Assembly: GCA_965219455.1 (NCBI GenBank)
Contig: OZ244744.1
Location: 1,760,001-1,824,000, forward strand
DNA length: 64,000 nucleotides
Reading direction: 5' to 3'
Source: Candidatus Latescibacterota bacterium
GTDB lineage: Bacteria > Latescibacterota > UBA2968 > GCA-2709665
Positions 51,213 to 61,065 of this stretch are shown one piece after another. Position numbers and translations under genes: made by a program. The notes under the pieces are model-generated. The model was not told the origin of the DNA and did no database searches. It saw nothing but the letters and a program-made list of their open reading frames with translations. Every line of letters begins with the position of its first letter. Position 1 is the first letter of the stretch.

Positions 51213-52184
51213 ATGGGTCCTTCTTCGCAACTAACGCAAGTACGGCTGGGACAGACCGATCTCCTGGTAACGCGGTACTGCCAGGGCACGGCCTTCCGTC
51301 ACCTGGAGCGGTGCGCGCACGATCCGGAGGCAGAGCGGGTGCTGCGGCATTGCCTGGACGTGGGCGTGAACTTCTTCGACTCCGCACACGAATACGGATG
51401 GGGTGCCGCGGAGGAACTGCTCGGAAGTGTGCTGGCGGGCCGTCGGGACAGCGCCGTCATCTGTACGAAGGTGCCTGCCAGTCAACCTCCCGACGGCGAA
51501 CGAGGCGCGAGGAAGCCGGCGACTTTCACACGAGAGTTTCTCACGCGGCAGCTGGATGGATCGCTGACGCGTCTGCGCACCGATTTCGTGGATCTCTACC
51601 TGCTCCATGAGCCGGACGGCATCACACCTGCCGAGCAGATCTGCAAGTCGATGGATCATCTCGTCCGATCGGGGAAGGTGCGCTTCTGGGGCCTGTCAAA
51701 TCACGACGCGGCATTCGTGGCGGCGTGCTGTGCGTTCAGCCGGGATGCGAGCGTGACCCCGCCTTCGGTGATCGAGGACTATTACACGGTTGCGGGCTAT
51801 ACGCTCACGCCGGACGGGCGGTCGAGAATCCGAAAACTGGAACGCGAGATGTTTCCCGTCGTGCGCGTCGAGGGACTCGGGGTGATTGCGTACAGCCCGA
51901 TGGATGCCGGCCAGTTGTCGCCCCGTTACGAAGCCGATCCGGAATCCCCCCTGGCGGAGATGCACACCGCGCTGGACGAGGCCGCGGGGGAACTGGGCGT
52001 CAGCCGGGCGCAGGTCTGCGTCGCATGGGTGCTGGACCACCCGGAGGTGACGTCGGTACTGGCCGGTCCCGAGAGCACAGCCCACGTCGATGAGACAATC
52101 GCCGGTGCGGCGCTGAAGCTTCCGGCCGACGTGCGGGGGAAGCTGGACGCGGCGAGCGAGTATTACGGCAGAAGGTTGGAGTAG
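51213..52184 (+). CDS. Aldo/keto reductase
   Basis: NFFDSAHEYG, SLTRLRTDFVDLYLLH, GLSN, AYSPM. Confidence 0.92.
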   Translation: MGPSSQLTQVRLGQTDLLVTRYCQGTAFRHLERCAHDPEAERVLRHCLDVGVNFFDSAHEYGWGAAEELLGSVLAGRRDSAVICTKVPASQPPDGERGARKPATFTREFLTRQLDGSLTRLRTDFVDLYLLHEPDGITPAEQICKSMDHLVRSGKVRFWGLSNHDAAFVAACCAFSRDASVTPPSVIEDYYTVAGYTLTPDGRSRIRKLEREMFPVVRVEGLGVIAYSPMDAGQLSPRYEADPESPLAEMHTALDEAAGELGVSRAQVCVAWVLDHPEVTSVLAGPESTAHVDETIAGAALKLPADVRGKLDAASEYYGRRLE

Positions 52185-52586
52185 GTGCATCGGTCGGTTG
52201 GTGGCGGAACCGGCTGAGACAGAAGAAACTCCCGATTTCACTGACTACGGAAAGACAACAATCGGCTCACACGAAGACACAGAGACACAAAGGGAAACCA
52301 AAAGACGGGCAACCGATAAAGGCAGTGAAACGGGAGACGGAAGACGGTAGAGGATCCCACCTCGATCAACCGGTCAGCGATACAGTATCGCGACATCAAT
52401 CCACGAATAACCGGGTTTATGTAAGGGCGGTTCGTGAGCCACCCGGCGGGGCAGACCTCTCTCCCCCCGGCCCCGCACCGTGGCTCCTCGAGGTGCCGTT
52501 CGGAGGAAGCGGAGACGAGGTTCAGAATAGAGAGTCCGTAGAAAACCGTAGATTCAGGTTCTTATCCTGCATCTCAAAAAGCGTCG

Positions 52587-53777
52587 TTAAGCAAAGTACC
52601 TCGGCCCCATCGCCGCGGGAGGGGTGCGTTCGATGGGATCGCCCGACCCGCGTTCGATGGCGAAGCCGATGGGCGCGGGGCCGGGGTCGTCGAAGCGCAC
52701 ATTGTAGGTCGTGCAGCCCCAGCGTGACCCTGCCGCGACGGCATCGAAGGCCTCAACGGTCCGCCGCTGGGGATCGTACGCGAGCCAGCCGTACAGGCTC
52801 AGCTTCAGGCCCCGGGGTTTGTCCACGGTAAGGCCGCTGAAGGGATTGCTCTCGAGCGTGGGTTCCGCTTCCAGGTGGATGCGTCCCTCCAGGCGGAGAC
52901 GGATTCGGTCGGATTCGGTGGATTCGACGGTCAGGCTTATCTCACCTTCTTTCAGGTTTTCTTCCCGCCAACCGGGCGATTGACCTCGCACCGTGTCGAT
53001 GAAGTGACGCAGGGCGAGCCGCCTCGTAAACCAGCCCGGTGCGCGATACGTCTGGCCGGGCCGGGCATTCTCGGGCGCCAGAGACCGGACCTCCTCTTCG
53101 GTAAACCATGCAAAGTCGATGTTGTGCCGGGTGTCCCCGTCTTCAGAATTCCTCGGCAGGTCGCGGACCGTGACCTTGAGCGCCAGGCCGTCTTCCGGAT
53201 AGGACCATCCGAGTCTGGGATCGACGGGGTAGGCTTCGGGGATGTCACCCGCTGCGCCGTTGTCCGGGCGTTCTCGCCACCCTGCCAGGCTCCGCTCGAG
53301 CATTTCCAAAAAAGGGCCGGCATCCCTCGTGTTGATGGACCCCAGCAACTCGCCGTCCGCCGTGCAGGCGTACAGGCCCTGCCGGGTTGCCGTGGGTTGG
53401 GTGCGGCCTCCGTAATGGCCCTGTTCGGCCACGAGGCGGAAGAACTCGCCCTTTGCGTCATTCTGCGTCTGGGTATAACTGCAATTATCCGCAACGGATA
53501 TGAAAGATCCGTTGAGGATCCGGATCACTTCAGGATGGGAGAAAACGGACTCACGGCCCGCTATACCGTTGTTTCAGACGCAGCCGAGCGGGTTGCCGTT
53601 CATCGACCAGATAAACAGCGGTCTGCGCACGGCAGCCGCGCGCCGTCGGGCTTTCCAGAGGTCGGTTTCCCAGGCGATGTCTGTCCACCGCACTTCCTCG
53701 GGTTTTGACTTGATCCGCGACAGTAGAGATTCAAACGTTCCGGGACGAGGCGTCCATTCCGATTGTTGAGTTGTCAT
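52587..53777 (-). CDS. Probable selenoprotein (~396 aa, Sec68) with thioredoxin-like N-terminal domain; split by the ORF finder into 53574-53819 and 52587-53528
   Basis: In-frame TGA at 53576-53574 in ...GNPLGCV-U-NNGIAGRESVFSHPEV...; the frame stays open into the next ORF, whose GTG lacks an RBS; RBS CAGGAG precedes ATG 53777. Confidence 0.8.
53545..53561 (-). promoter_or_regulatory. Candidate bacterial SECIS element
   Basis: GCGGGC-CGUGA-GUCCGU stem-loop starting 12 nt after the UGA; loop starts 18 nt after it with G at loop position 2. Confidence 0.6.
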
Positions 53778-53825
53778 ATCCATCTCCTGTTCAGTGTCCA
53801 ACTCCCTGAAACCTGCCATGATTCT

Positions 53826-54221
53826 TCCGCCGAGTGTGTCTGCGGTAGTACCGCTCTTGGCTGTCTGCTGCTCCCACTCGGGTAGCCAGGCAGAATCTGA
53901 ACGCGATGCCTATCAAGAGCACTTCCAGAGCAGAGCGCGTGGTTCCGTTAAGCAACGACGATCGGTGGTCAACTGAGGCTGGTAGGGCAATGTCCGACGT
54001 GCATGCAGTAAGGCAATTCGCGCTATGCATATGGCAGGCCCCGCGCCCAGCGGCGACTTTTGGTTCCTTTTGGTCGCTTCAAAAGGAACACGCCGTAGGC
54101 AGGGAATTTGGGGAAAGGTGGATCGTGAATTTGGGTTTCGCCTTTTGCCTTTCGTTTTTAGCTGACCGCTGAAGGCTGATTGCTGATAGCTCTGTCTGAG
54201 GGGGCCGGGGGGAGAGGTCCC
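53826..54221 (-). repeat. Copy 5 of interspersed element with flanking heptamers; inverted duplicate of 40525-40919
   Basis: Core identical to copy 4; body differs by scattered substitutions without indels. Confidence 0.9.
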
Positions 54222-54326
54222 CGCGCCCGCGGTCGTCGTGCATTGGCATCGCCAGTCCGTATGGCAATCCGCCTTTTGCCTTTCGTTTTTAGCTGACAGC
54301 TAACCGCTGATAGCTGATAGCTTCTT

Positions 54327-55091
54327 TTATCGCTTCAGGATCCCGCCGTTCACGTCGATCGTGGCGCCGGTGATATACGCGCCCATCCGGGAGGCAAGGA
54401 ATAAGGCCGAATAGGCGATTTCCTCGGGCTGCCCGATATAGCCCAGGGGGATAAGTTCGTTGATTGTGCTGCGGCTTTCGGGAGAAATCTGAAAGCTGGT
54501 TTCGATCACGCCCGGGGTGATGGCGTTGACCGTGATATTGCTCGAGGCCAGGTCCCGGGAGAGGGTTTTGGTCATGCCCAGCATGCCGGCCTTGGAACTG
54601 GCATAGTGGACCCCGCCTGAGACACCGCCGGTCTGGCCGCTGATGGAGGAGATGTTGATGATCCGGCCGCTTTTCTGTTTTTCCATGTGGGGGGCCGCGG
54701 CGAGGCAGCAGAGATACGCACCCGTGAGATTGGCGCCGATCACCCGCTGCCACTCTCCGTGGTCGACGCCGGAATAGTGACCCGGGCTGGCCAGGCCCGC
54801 GTTGTTTACCAGAATGTCGACGCGGCCGAAGGCTTCCAGTGTCCTTTGAACAAAGGCGTTGATCTGCCTCTCATCCGCGACGTCGGCGGGAACCGCAAGC
54901 ACGTCCCCGCGGGCCGAAAGCGTCTCGGCGACCGCCTCCAATGGACCGGCATTGCGCGCGACCAGGGTGAGGCCGGCGCCCGCCTGGTGGAAGACCTCGG
55001 CGATGCTTTTGCCGATGCCCCGGCTGGCGCCGGTGACGATGGCGACCTGTCCGGAAAGGTCGAGGAGGTCGGCAAGGGGTTTCGTTGACAT
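54327..55091 (-). CDS. SDR family oxidoreductase (FabG-like)
   Basis: TGASRGIG, NNAG, YASSK. Confidence 0.95.
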   Translation of the reverse strand: MSTKPLADLLDLSGQVAIVTGASRGIGKSIAEVFHQAGAGLTLVARNAGPLEAVAETLSARGDVLAVPADVADERQINAFVQRTLEAFGRVDILVNNAGLASPGHYSGVDHGEWQRVIGANLTGAYLCCLAAAPHMEKQKSGRIINISSISGQTGGVSGGVHYASSKAGMLGMTKTLSRDLASSNITVNAITPGVIETSFQISPESRSTINELIPLGYIGQPEEIAYSALFLASRMGAYITGATIDVNGGILKR

Positions 55092-55173
55092 ATGGGTCTC
55101 TTTTTCCGTGACGCCGGGAGACGAAAACGGAAGCGCATGCGATCCTGCTTCCGTTTTGACACCGGTATCGGGT

Positions 55174-57063
55174 TCAGATGAACTTGACGGTCTGGACTTC
55201 GCGGTTGGCCAGGCGAATGCCCCTGGCCCTGTTACCGCGAACGGGATATTCTGCGATGACGAATTCCTCTTCTGTGATTCTCACCCGGGGTTTGGGTTTG
55301 AAACGGGCCTGGATTGTGCGTTTGGTGTCGGTCGTGAGTTTCAGGATTCGGCAGTCTTCCGGCGCCAGTTCGTACCCCCGGTTCAGGATGAATCTGTCGA
55401 TTCTGCACCGTTTTATGTAAAGATATCCGGTCCTGGTCTCCTTATAGAGGATATTGTAGACGCGGTCTTCGTCCACGAAACCGCAGAAAAGCATGCCCTT
55501 ATCCACGAAGAGCTTTTCGGGGGCGTCCACCACGGAGTACATGCCGGTTTTTCGAATTACCAGAACGCGGTCGTACGGTGACACGTCGAAAAGGGCGCCG
55601 CCATTGACCTGGTGGCCCAGGTACCCTGTATTCTTGTCGTATCGCAGCATGAGATTGCGCTGGGCGGCCTCCCGAACGTCGACTTTCTGGATGCTTGTGA
55701 TCTCGGTTTTACGGGGGTGGTCGTTGCGATATTTCTTGATGATGCCCTCGAGAAACGCAACGGCGAACGCCTGCATGCCGCGCAGGTCGGCGCGGACCTC
55801 CCTGAGGCGCCTCCGGATATCCTGCATTTCCGCCTCGGCTTTGTTGATATCGTAGAGCGAGATGCGCCTGATCGGGATTTTGAGCAGGTTTTCCACGTCC
55901 TCCCGCGAAACTTCCCCCCTGATGCTCTCCTGGAAGGGTTTCAACCCATCGAACACCGCACGGTAGACACTCTCGGAGGTGGTCTCCTCTTCGATGCTTT
56001 TGTAAACGCGATTTTCAATAAAGACCTGTTCGAGGGTTTTCGCGTGATGCCGCGCGGTCAGCTGGCGTTCCTCGAGTTTGAGTTCAGTCCTGAGAATCTC
56101 GACGAGGCGGCCGGTGTTGTATTCGATCACTTCGGTCACGGACGTAATTTCCGGCCGGTTGTCCTGTATGACCAGCAGATTCGCCGATATCGACGTTTCA
56201 CAGTCCGTAAACGCGTACAGCGCGTGAACGGTATCCTTGGTATGCACACCGCGGGCGAGCTGGATTTCGATTTCCACCTGATCGGTCGTATAATCGCTGA
56301 TACCCGTGATTTTGAGCTTGCCTTTTTTGGTGGCGTCTTCGATGGAGGCAATGAGGGTTTCGGTTGTCGTGCCGTAGGGTAGTTCGCGCACGACGATGCG
56401 TTTCGGATCTCCGGTGTCCAGTCTGGCGCGGGCGAGAACCTTCCCGTTGCCGTCGTTATATTCGGAAACATCGACCAGGCCCCCTGTGGGAAAGTCGGGT
56501 TGGACCCCGAAGGGTTTGCCCTGCAGGCAGGCAATCTGCGCTTCGAGCAGTTCGATGAGGTTGTGCGGGAGAATGCGGGTGGTCATGCCGACGGCAATGC
56601 CCTCTGAGCCAATGGCAAGCAGGGCCGGGATTTTGGCGGGAAATGCGATCGGTTCACGGTTGCGGCCATCGTAGGAGTCTTCGTATTCGGTTATCTCGGG
56701 GTTGAAGAGAACCTCTCTTGCAAGTGGCGTGAGGCGGCATTCGATATAGCGTGCGGCGGAGGCTTCGTCGCCGGTGAAGATGTTGCCGAAATTGCCCTGC
56801 CTGTCGATGAACAATTCCTTGTTGGCCAGGTTCACGAGGGCGCCGAAGATTGAGAGGTCGCCGTGGGGATGGTACCGCATGGTCTGGCCCACGACGTTGG
56901 CGACCTTGTGGTACTTGCCGTCGTGCATCTCGTACAGGGCGTGCAGAATGCGACGCTGAACCGGCTTGAAGCCGTCGTCGATACTGGGGATCGCCCGGTT
57001 CTTGATGGAATAGGACGCAAACTCGAGATAATATTTTTCGTACAAGGTGTCGACGTATGCCAC
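55174..57063 (-). CDS. parC: Type IIA topoisomerase subunit A (topoisomerase IV ParC-like, short CTD)
   Basis: DGFKPVQRRIL, YHPHGD, AARYIE catalytic Tyr; 629 aa with no GyrA-box seen. Confidence 0.88.
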   Translation of the reverse strand: MAYVDTLYEKYYLEFASYSIKNRAIPSIDDGFKPVQRRILHALYEMHDGKYHKVANVVGQTMRYHPHGDLSIFGALVNLANKELFIDRQGNFGNIFTGDEASAARYIECRLTPLAREVLFNPEITEYEDSYDGRNREPIAFPAKIPALLAIGSEGIAVGMTTRILPHNLIELLEAQIACLQGKPFGVQPDFPTGGLVDVSEYNDGNGKVLARARLDTGDPKRIVVRELPYGTTTETLIASIEDATKKGKLKITGISDYTTDQVEIEIQLARGVHTKDTVHALYAFTDCETSISANLLVIQDNRPEITSVTEVIEYNTGRLVEILRTELKLEERQLTARHHAKTLEQVFIENRVYKSIEEETTSESVYRAVFDGLKPFQESIRGEVSREDVENLLKIPIRRISLYDINKAEAEMQDIRRRLREVRADLRGMQAFAVAFLEGIIKKYRNDHPRKTEITSIQKVDVREAAQRNLMLRYDKNTGYLGHQVNGGALFDVSPYDRVLVIRKTGMYSVVDAPEKLFVDKGMLFCGFVDEDRVYNILYKETRTGYLYIKRCRIDRFILNRGYELAPEDCRILKLTTDTKRTIQARFKPKPRVRITEEEFVIAEYPVRGNRARGIRLANREVQTVKFI

Positions 57064-57109
57064 GGTTTCTCCGGACCCCTGTATTCCTTGCAGGGGATCG
57101 ACGGGTTGT

Positions 57110-59011
57110 TCAGATCAGATTGTCGATAATGTAGTCCCTGCGTTCCGGGGTGTTCTTGCCCATGTAAAAACTGAGCGTATCGGCGATTTCGGAGATGGAC
57201 CTGATATTGACTTTGACCAGTCGTATATTGTCCCCGATGAACTGCCCGAATTCTTTGGGCGAGATCTCCCCGAGGCCTTTAAAGCGGGTGATTTCTGGAT
57301 TTTTGATATCCTCCAGGGCACTGTCGCGCTCCCGATTGTTGTAGCAGTAGCGGGTGACCTTGCTGTTTCGCACGCGGAAAAGCGGGGTTTCAAGAATGTA
57401 AAGGTGGCCGGCCAACACCAGTTCCTCGAAGTAGTTCAGGAAATACGTGAGGAGCAGGTACCGGATATGGTAGCCGTCATGGTCCGCATCGGTGGCGATG
57501 ACGATTTTGTTGAAACGCAGGTTTTCGATGCCGTCTTCGATGCCGAGCGCCATCATGAGGTTGAACAGTTCCACGTTCTTGTACACGGCTGCCTTGTTCT
57601 TGCCGAATACGTTCAGAGGAACGCCCTTGAGGCCGAAGATCGCCTGGCTGTAAACGTCGCGCGCGGCGACCATGGATCCCGCGGCGGAAGGGCCTTCGGT
57701 GATGAAGATCGTCGAGTCCTCGCCATGCTTTTTGTGGCCCAGGTGGTACTTGCAGTCTTTGAAATGCGGAATCTTGATTGCGATTTTTCGAGCGGCCTCT
57801 TTGGCCTCTTTCTTGACGGCGTTGAGTTCCTTCCTCAGACGTTCGTTCTGTGCGATTTTCTCGGACAGGCGTTGGGCCGCGGTCTGGTTCTTGTGCAGAA
57901 GGTCGACCACGGCGCTCTTGACGTCCGTGACAATCCACCCCCGGATATCCGTATTCCCCAGTTTGTTCTTGGTCTGAGACTCGAAGACAGGGGCCTTGAG
58001 TTTGACGGCGACGGCGCCCGAAATGCTCTCCCGAACGTCGATGCCGTTGTAGTTCTTCTTGTAGAATTCATTCACGCCCTTGAGGATGCCTTCGCGGAAT
58101 GCGCTCTGATGGGCCCCGCCGTCGCTGGTGCATTGGCCGTTGACGAAAGAGAAGTAGTTTTCCCCGTAGCTGGCCGTGTGGCTGAATGCGAACTCGAGGT
58201 ACTGCGATTTGTAATAGAGCGGTTCGTAGAGAGCCGTTTCGCCGACTTCGCGGGTGAGAAAGTCCAGCAGACCGTTCCGGGATACAAAGCGCTCCTTGTT
58301 GAAGACCAGCGCGAGCCCGCTGTTGAGGCAGGCGTAGTTCCACATCCGCTGTTTGACGTAGTCGAAATTGAACGCGAAGTCTTCCCCGAAAATCCGTACA
58401 TCCGGCAGAAATTCAAAATAGGAGCCGTCGGGTTCGCCGGGCTTCCGTCCTTCCTTTTTCCCTTTGAGACGCCCTCGTTCAAAACGCGCTTCGAGGTAGT
58501 TCCCTTCCCGGAAGGCAACCGCCCTGAAGTCCGAAGAGAGGGCGTTGACTGCCTTGGTGCCCACGCCGTTGAGGCCCACGCTGAACTGGAAGACATCGTC
58601 GTTGTACTTGGCGCCGGTGTTAATGATGGATACGCAGTCGATGACTTTGCCAAGGGGAATGCCGCGGCCGTAGTCCCGGACGCGGACCCGGTTGTCTTCG
58701 ATGCTGACGTCGATCGTTTTTCCGTAGCCCATGATGAATTCATCTACGGCATTGTCGATGACTTCCTTCAGCAGGACGTAGATGCCGTCATCGGGATTTG
58801 ACCCGTCGCCAAGCCGGCCGATATACATTCCGGTACGGAGGCGGATGTGTTCCAGGGAACTGAGCGTTTTGACCTTGGATTCATCGTACCCGTGTTCCGG
58901 CGATGCGCCATTTTTGCTCTTGCCGGACGATCTCGGGGTGGACGCGGGTTTCCCGTTAATGGAAAGCGAAAGCTGACCTGGACTCCGCAATTTCGATTTT
59001 GCTTCGGGCAT
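57110..59011 (-). CDS. parE: Type IIA topoisomerase subunit B (ParE-like)
   Basis: EHIR.R.GMYIG, EVIDNAVDE, DYGRGIP, TDADHDG, RFKGLGE. Confidence 0.9.
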   Translation of the reverse strand: MPEAKSKLRSPGQLSLSINGKPASTPRSSGKSKNGASPEHGYDESKVKTLSSLEHIRLRTGMYIGRLGDGSNPDDGIYVLLKEVIDNAVDEFIMGYGKTIDVSIEDNRVRVRDYGRGIPLGKVIDCVSIINTGAKYNDDVFQFSVGLNGVGTKAVNALSSDFRAVAFREGNYLEARFERGRLKGKKEGRKPGEPDGSYFEFLPDVRIFGEDFAFNFDYVKQRMWNYACLNSGLALVFNKERFVSRNGLLDFLTREVGETALYEPLYYKSQYLEFAFSHTASYGENYFSFVNGQCTSDGGAHQSAFREGILKGVNEFYKKNYNGIDVRESISGAVAVKLKAPVFESQTKNKLGNTDIRGWIVTDVKSAVVDLLHKNQTAAQRLSEKIAQNERLRKELNAVKKEAKEAARKIAIKIPHFKDCKYHLGHKKHGEDSTIFITEGPSAAGSMVAARDVYSQAIFGLKGVPLNVFGKNKAAVYKNVELFNLMMALGIEDGIENLRFNKIVIATDADHDGYHIRYLLLTYFLNYFEELVLAGHLYILETPLFRVRNSKVTRYCYNNRERDSALEDIKNPEITRFKGLGEISPKEFGQFIGDNIRLVKVNIRSISEIADTLSFYMGKNTPERRDYIIDNLI

Positions 59012-59152
59012 AACACACCTTTTCGGGGTCGCTCGAACGCGCAACCCCGCGCGGGGATGGTACAGACGGGGAGACAGTCGTACCCGACGTGGGCTCAGGA
59101 CGAAATGGGGCCTAAAGGGAACCTAACTGCGGGGAAATAAAGGGGAAAGAAA

Positions 59153-59188
59153 GCACTATAATATAGTGCATCTTTGTTCATCTTTCAA
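59153..59188 (-). promoter_or_regulatory. parE promoter with palindrome over the -10 box
   Basis: TTGAAA-17 bp-TATATT; GCACTATA-A-TATAGTGC at 59153-59169. Confidence 0.6.
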
Positions 59189-59362
59189 GATGTTTTTTGT
59201 TCAGCCGTACCGGACACGTCGGGGGAAATACGCGCTTGCGATACGGCGGTGCATTCCCGGGTACGGTCGACACGGCACCACTTGCACGTGTGGAACCTGT
59301 GGGCATTCGCCGCCCGTTTGCCGGTTATTTTTGACACATCTGTCAGACGGGTAACGTGCAAT

Positions 59363-59815
59363 TCACGTTTCCCGGGTCACGTACCCGAGAACGTCCGCTA
59401 CCTGTTCGGGCGTCTGTGCCACCGCCATCGCCGCCGAGTCGACTTCCTTGAGCGCGTGGGCGATGTCGGCGTCGTGCATCACCACGATCGGCTTGCCCAG
59501 CGCCGCGGCGAAACCGGCGTCGAACGCCGCGTTCCACTGCCGATATGTGCCTCCGAAGCGCACCACCACGACGTCGGCATCGCTGATAAGCGTGCGGGTC
59601 CGGATGGCATTGATCTTCGCGCCCTTGTGATCCTTCCAGAACGAGGACGCTTCGGGGCCGAGGATATCCACGCCGCAGTTGTCGCTGGCGGCGTGATCGG
59701 TAACGGGCGCCGTAAAGGAGACCGGAAGTTCCTTTTCCGCCGCCGCGCTGACGATCCGGTCCCGCCAGTCACTGTGGATTTCGCCGGACAAATACACCCT
59801 CCACCGTTTCGGCAT
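59363..59815 (-). CDS. ytoQ: YtoQ family protein (nucleoside 2-deoxyribosyltransferase-like fold)
   Basis: VYLSGEIHSDWR, SDNCG, NAIRTRT, QWNAAFDAG, HALKEVD. Confidence 0.9.
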   Translation of the reverse strand: MPKRWRVYLSGEIHSDWRDRIVSAAAEKELPVSFTAPVTDHAASDNCGVDILGPEASSFWKDHKGAKINAIRTRTLISDADVVVVRFGGTYRQWNAAFDAGFAAALGKPIVVMHDADIAHALKEVDSAAMAVAQTPEQVADVLGYVTRET

Positions 59816-59850
59816 CGGCCGAACTCCTTTCTCGACAATGCGCTGTTCGC

Positions 59851-60978
59851 TCAGTCCTTTACGATCCGATTGTTTGTATACTGATTTGAGTAGTGCCGCA
59901 AGTTGCCCGTGGCGTAGGCCTGCCTTATGGCAGTAGCCGGGAGCCAGTGGATAAACCAGTTATTGTAGATGTCACAGATATCCTGGGGAATGCCCCGGAT
60001 GGTCACGGCTTCCACGTCGACGGCCATGAACGTATTGTGATGAATGAGAATGAGGCCGCCGGCGATGTCTGTTCCGTCGTCCCGGTCCCTTCCGCCGTGC
60101 ATGTCGAAACTGTGGCTGTTGGCGTTTTCCAGAACCAGGTTGTAGCGGGCTTCGTAGCTCGTGCCTGGCCTGCCCGTGCCGGCAATATGGTGCCGGCCCC
60201 AGTCGAACAGGTTGGCCTCGATGAGGGCTTCGGATCGGTCCATAACCACGCCGTAACCCAGGCCGTGGCGCTGGTTGTGGTGGAAATAGTTGTGATGGAT
60301 GTTGTTGTCCGTTGAATTGGCCCGGAGGAAAATCGCCCCGTGGCTCCAGCCCCAGAGTTCACAGTTGTCCACTTCGAGCCTGGGATGTACGGTCTGGATG
60401 CCCCGGGAGTTGGGAATGCTGTAATACTCCCCGACTGCAAGGAGCTCCTTCATCTGCTCGGTGCGTCTCATGGTGTCCGGGCCCTCCAGCCTGAGGCCGG
60501 TCACGCGTACGTCGGCCCCGGTAACGAGGAAGAGCGGAAGGGTTTCCAGTTGTTTGGAATAGACGAGACCCCCCTCCGAATCGGGCTTGCCCCGCCCGCC
60601 GGCCAGCGTGACGCCTGCGCGGATCTCGATGTTCTGGTCGCCTGTAAGGTCCACCCTGGCGGTGTCCGCCAGATAGACGACCTCACCTGCGCCCGCCCGT
60701 CCAAGTGCGTCCAGCAGTTCCATCCGGTTCGTGACGAGATAGTCGTATTGGTCGACCCGTTGATTGTATCCGTCTCCCCCGCCGATGGGATTGCCCGTGG
60801 GGTTCGAGTCGGCGCCGAACTTTTCATCCGAAAGCAGGGGTCGATTCTCCTGGCCGTTGCCGTTTGACGAATCGCCGTCCGGCGTCTCCGGCGCGGCGGA
60901 TTTGTCTTTCCCGCCGCATGCCGCCAGAAGAATCATGACGGCGAGACAGATGAGCTTTTTGTATAAGGTCGTTGTCAT
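59851..60978 (-). CDS. Lipoprotein with right-handed beta-helix domain
   Basis: Lipobox LAAC; His/Asn-rich beta-helix repeats; tandem paralog of the next gene. Confidence 0.82.
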   Translation of the reverse strand: MTTTLYKKLICLAVMILLAACGGKDKSAAPETPDGDSSNGNGQENRPLLSDEKFGADSNPTGNPIGGGDGYNQRVDQYDYLVTNRMELLDALGRAGAGEVVYLADTARVDLTGDQNIEIRAGVTLAGGRGKPDSEGGLVYSKQLETLPLFLVTGADVRVTGLRLEGPDTMRRTEQMKELLAVGEYYSIPNSRGIQTVHPRLEVDNCELWGWSHGAIFLRANSTDNNIHHNYFHHNQRHGLGYGVVMDRSEALIEANLFDWGRHHIAGTGRPGTSYEARYNLVLENANSHSFDMHGGRDRDDGTDIAGGLILIHHNTFMAVDVEAVTIRGIPQDICDIYNNWFIHWLPATAIRQAYATGNLRHYSNQYTNNRIVKD

Positions 60979-61065
60979 TTCCTAAACACCGTCCAATCAC
61001 TCGCGGCAAGAATCGCGCCGCGGACCATCGCGTATTTCTTCAAGAAATCGTCTATCACTTTTTTC

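Noticed and set aside
57047-58801. Long antisense ORFs (284-763, 1439-2386, 3590-5233, 6047-7948, 17447-18622, 48030-49184, 57047-58801 and others)
   Set aside because: They are shadows of well-supported genes on the opposite strand, as expected in high-GC DNA.
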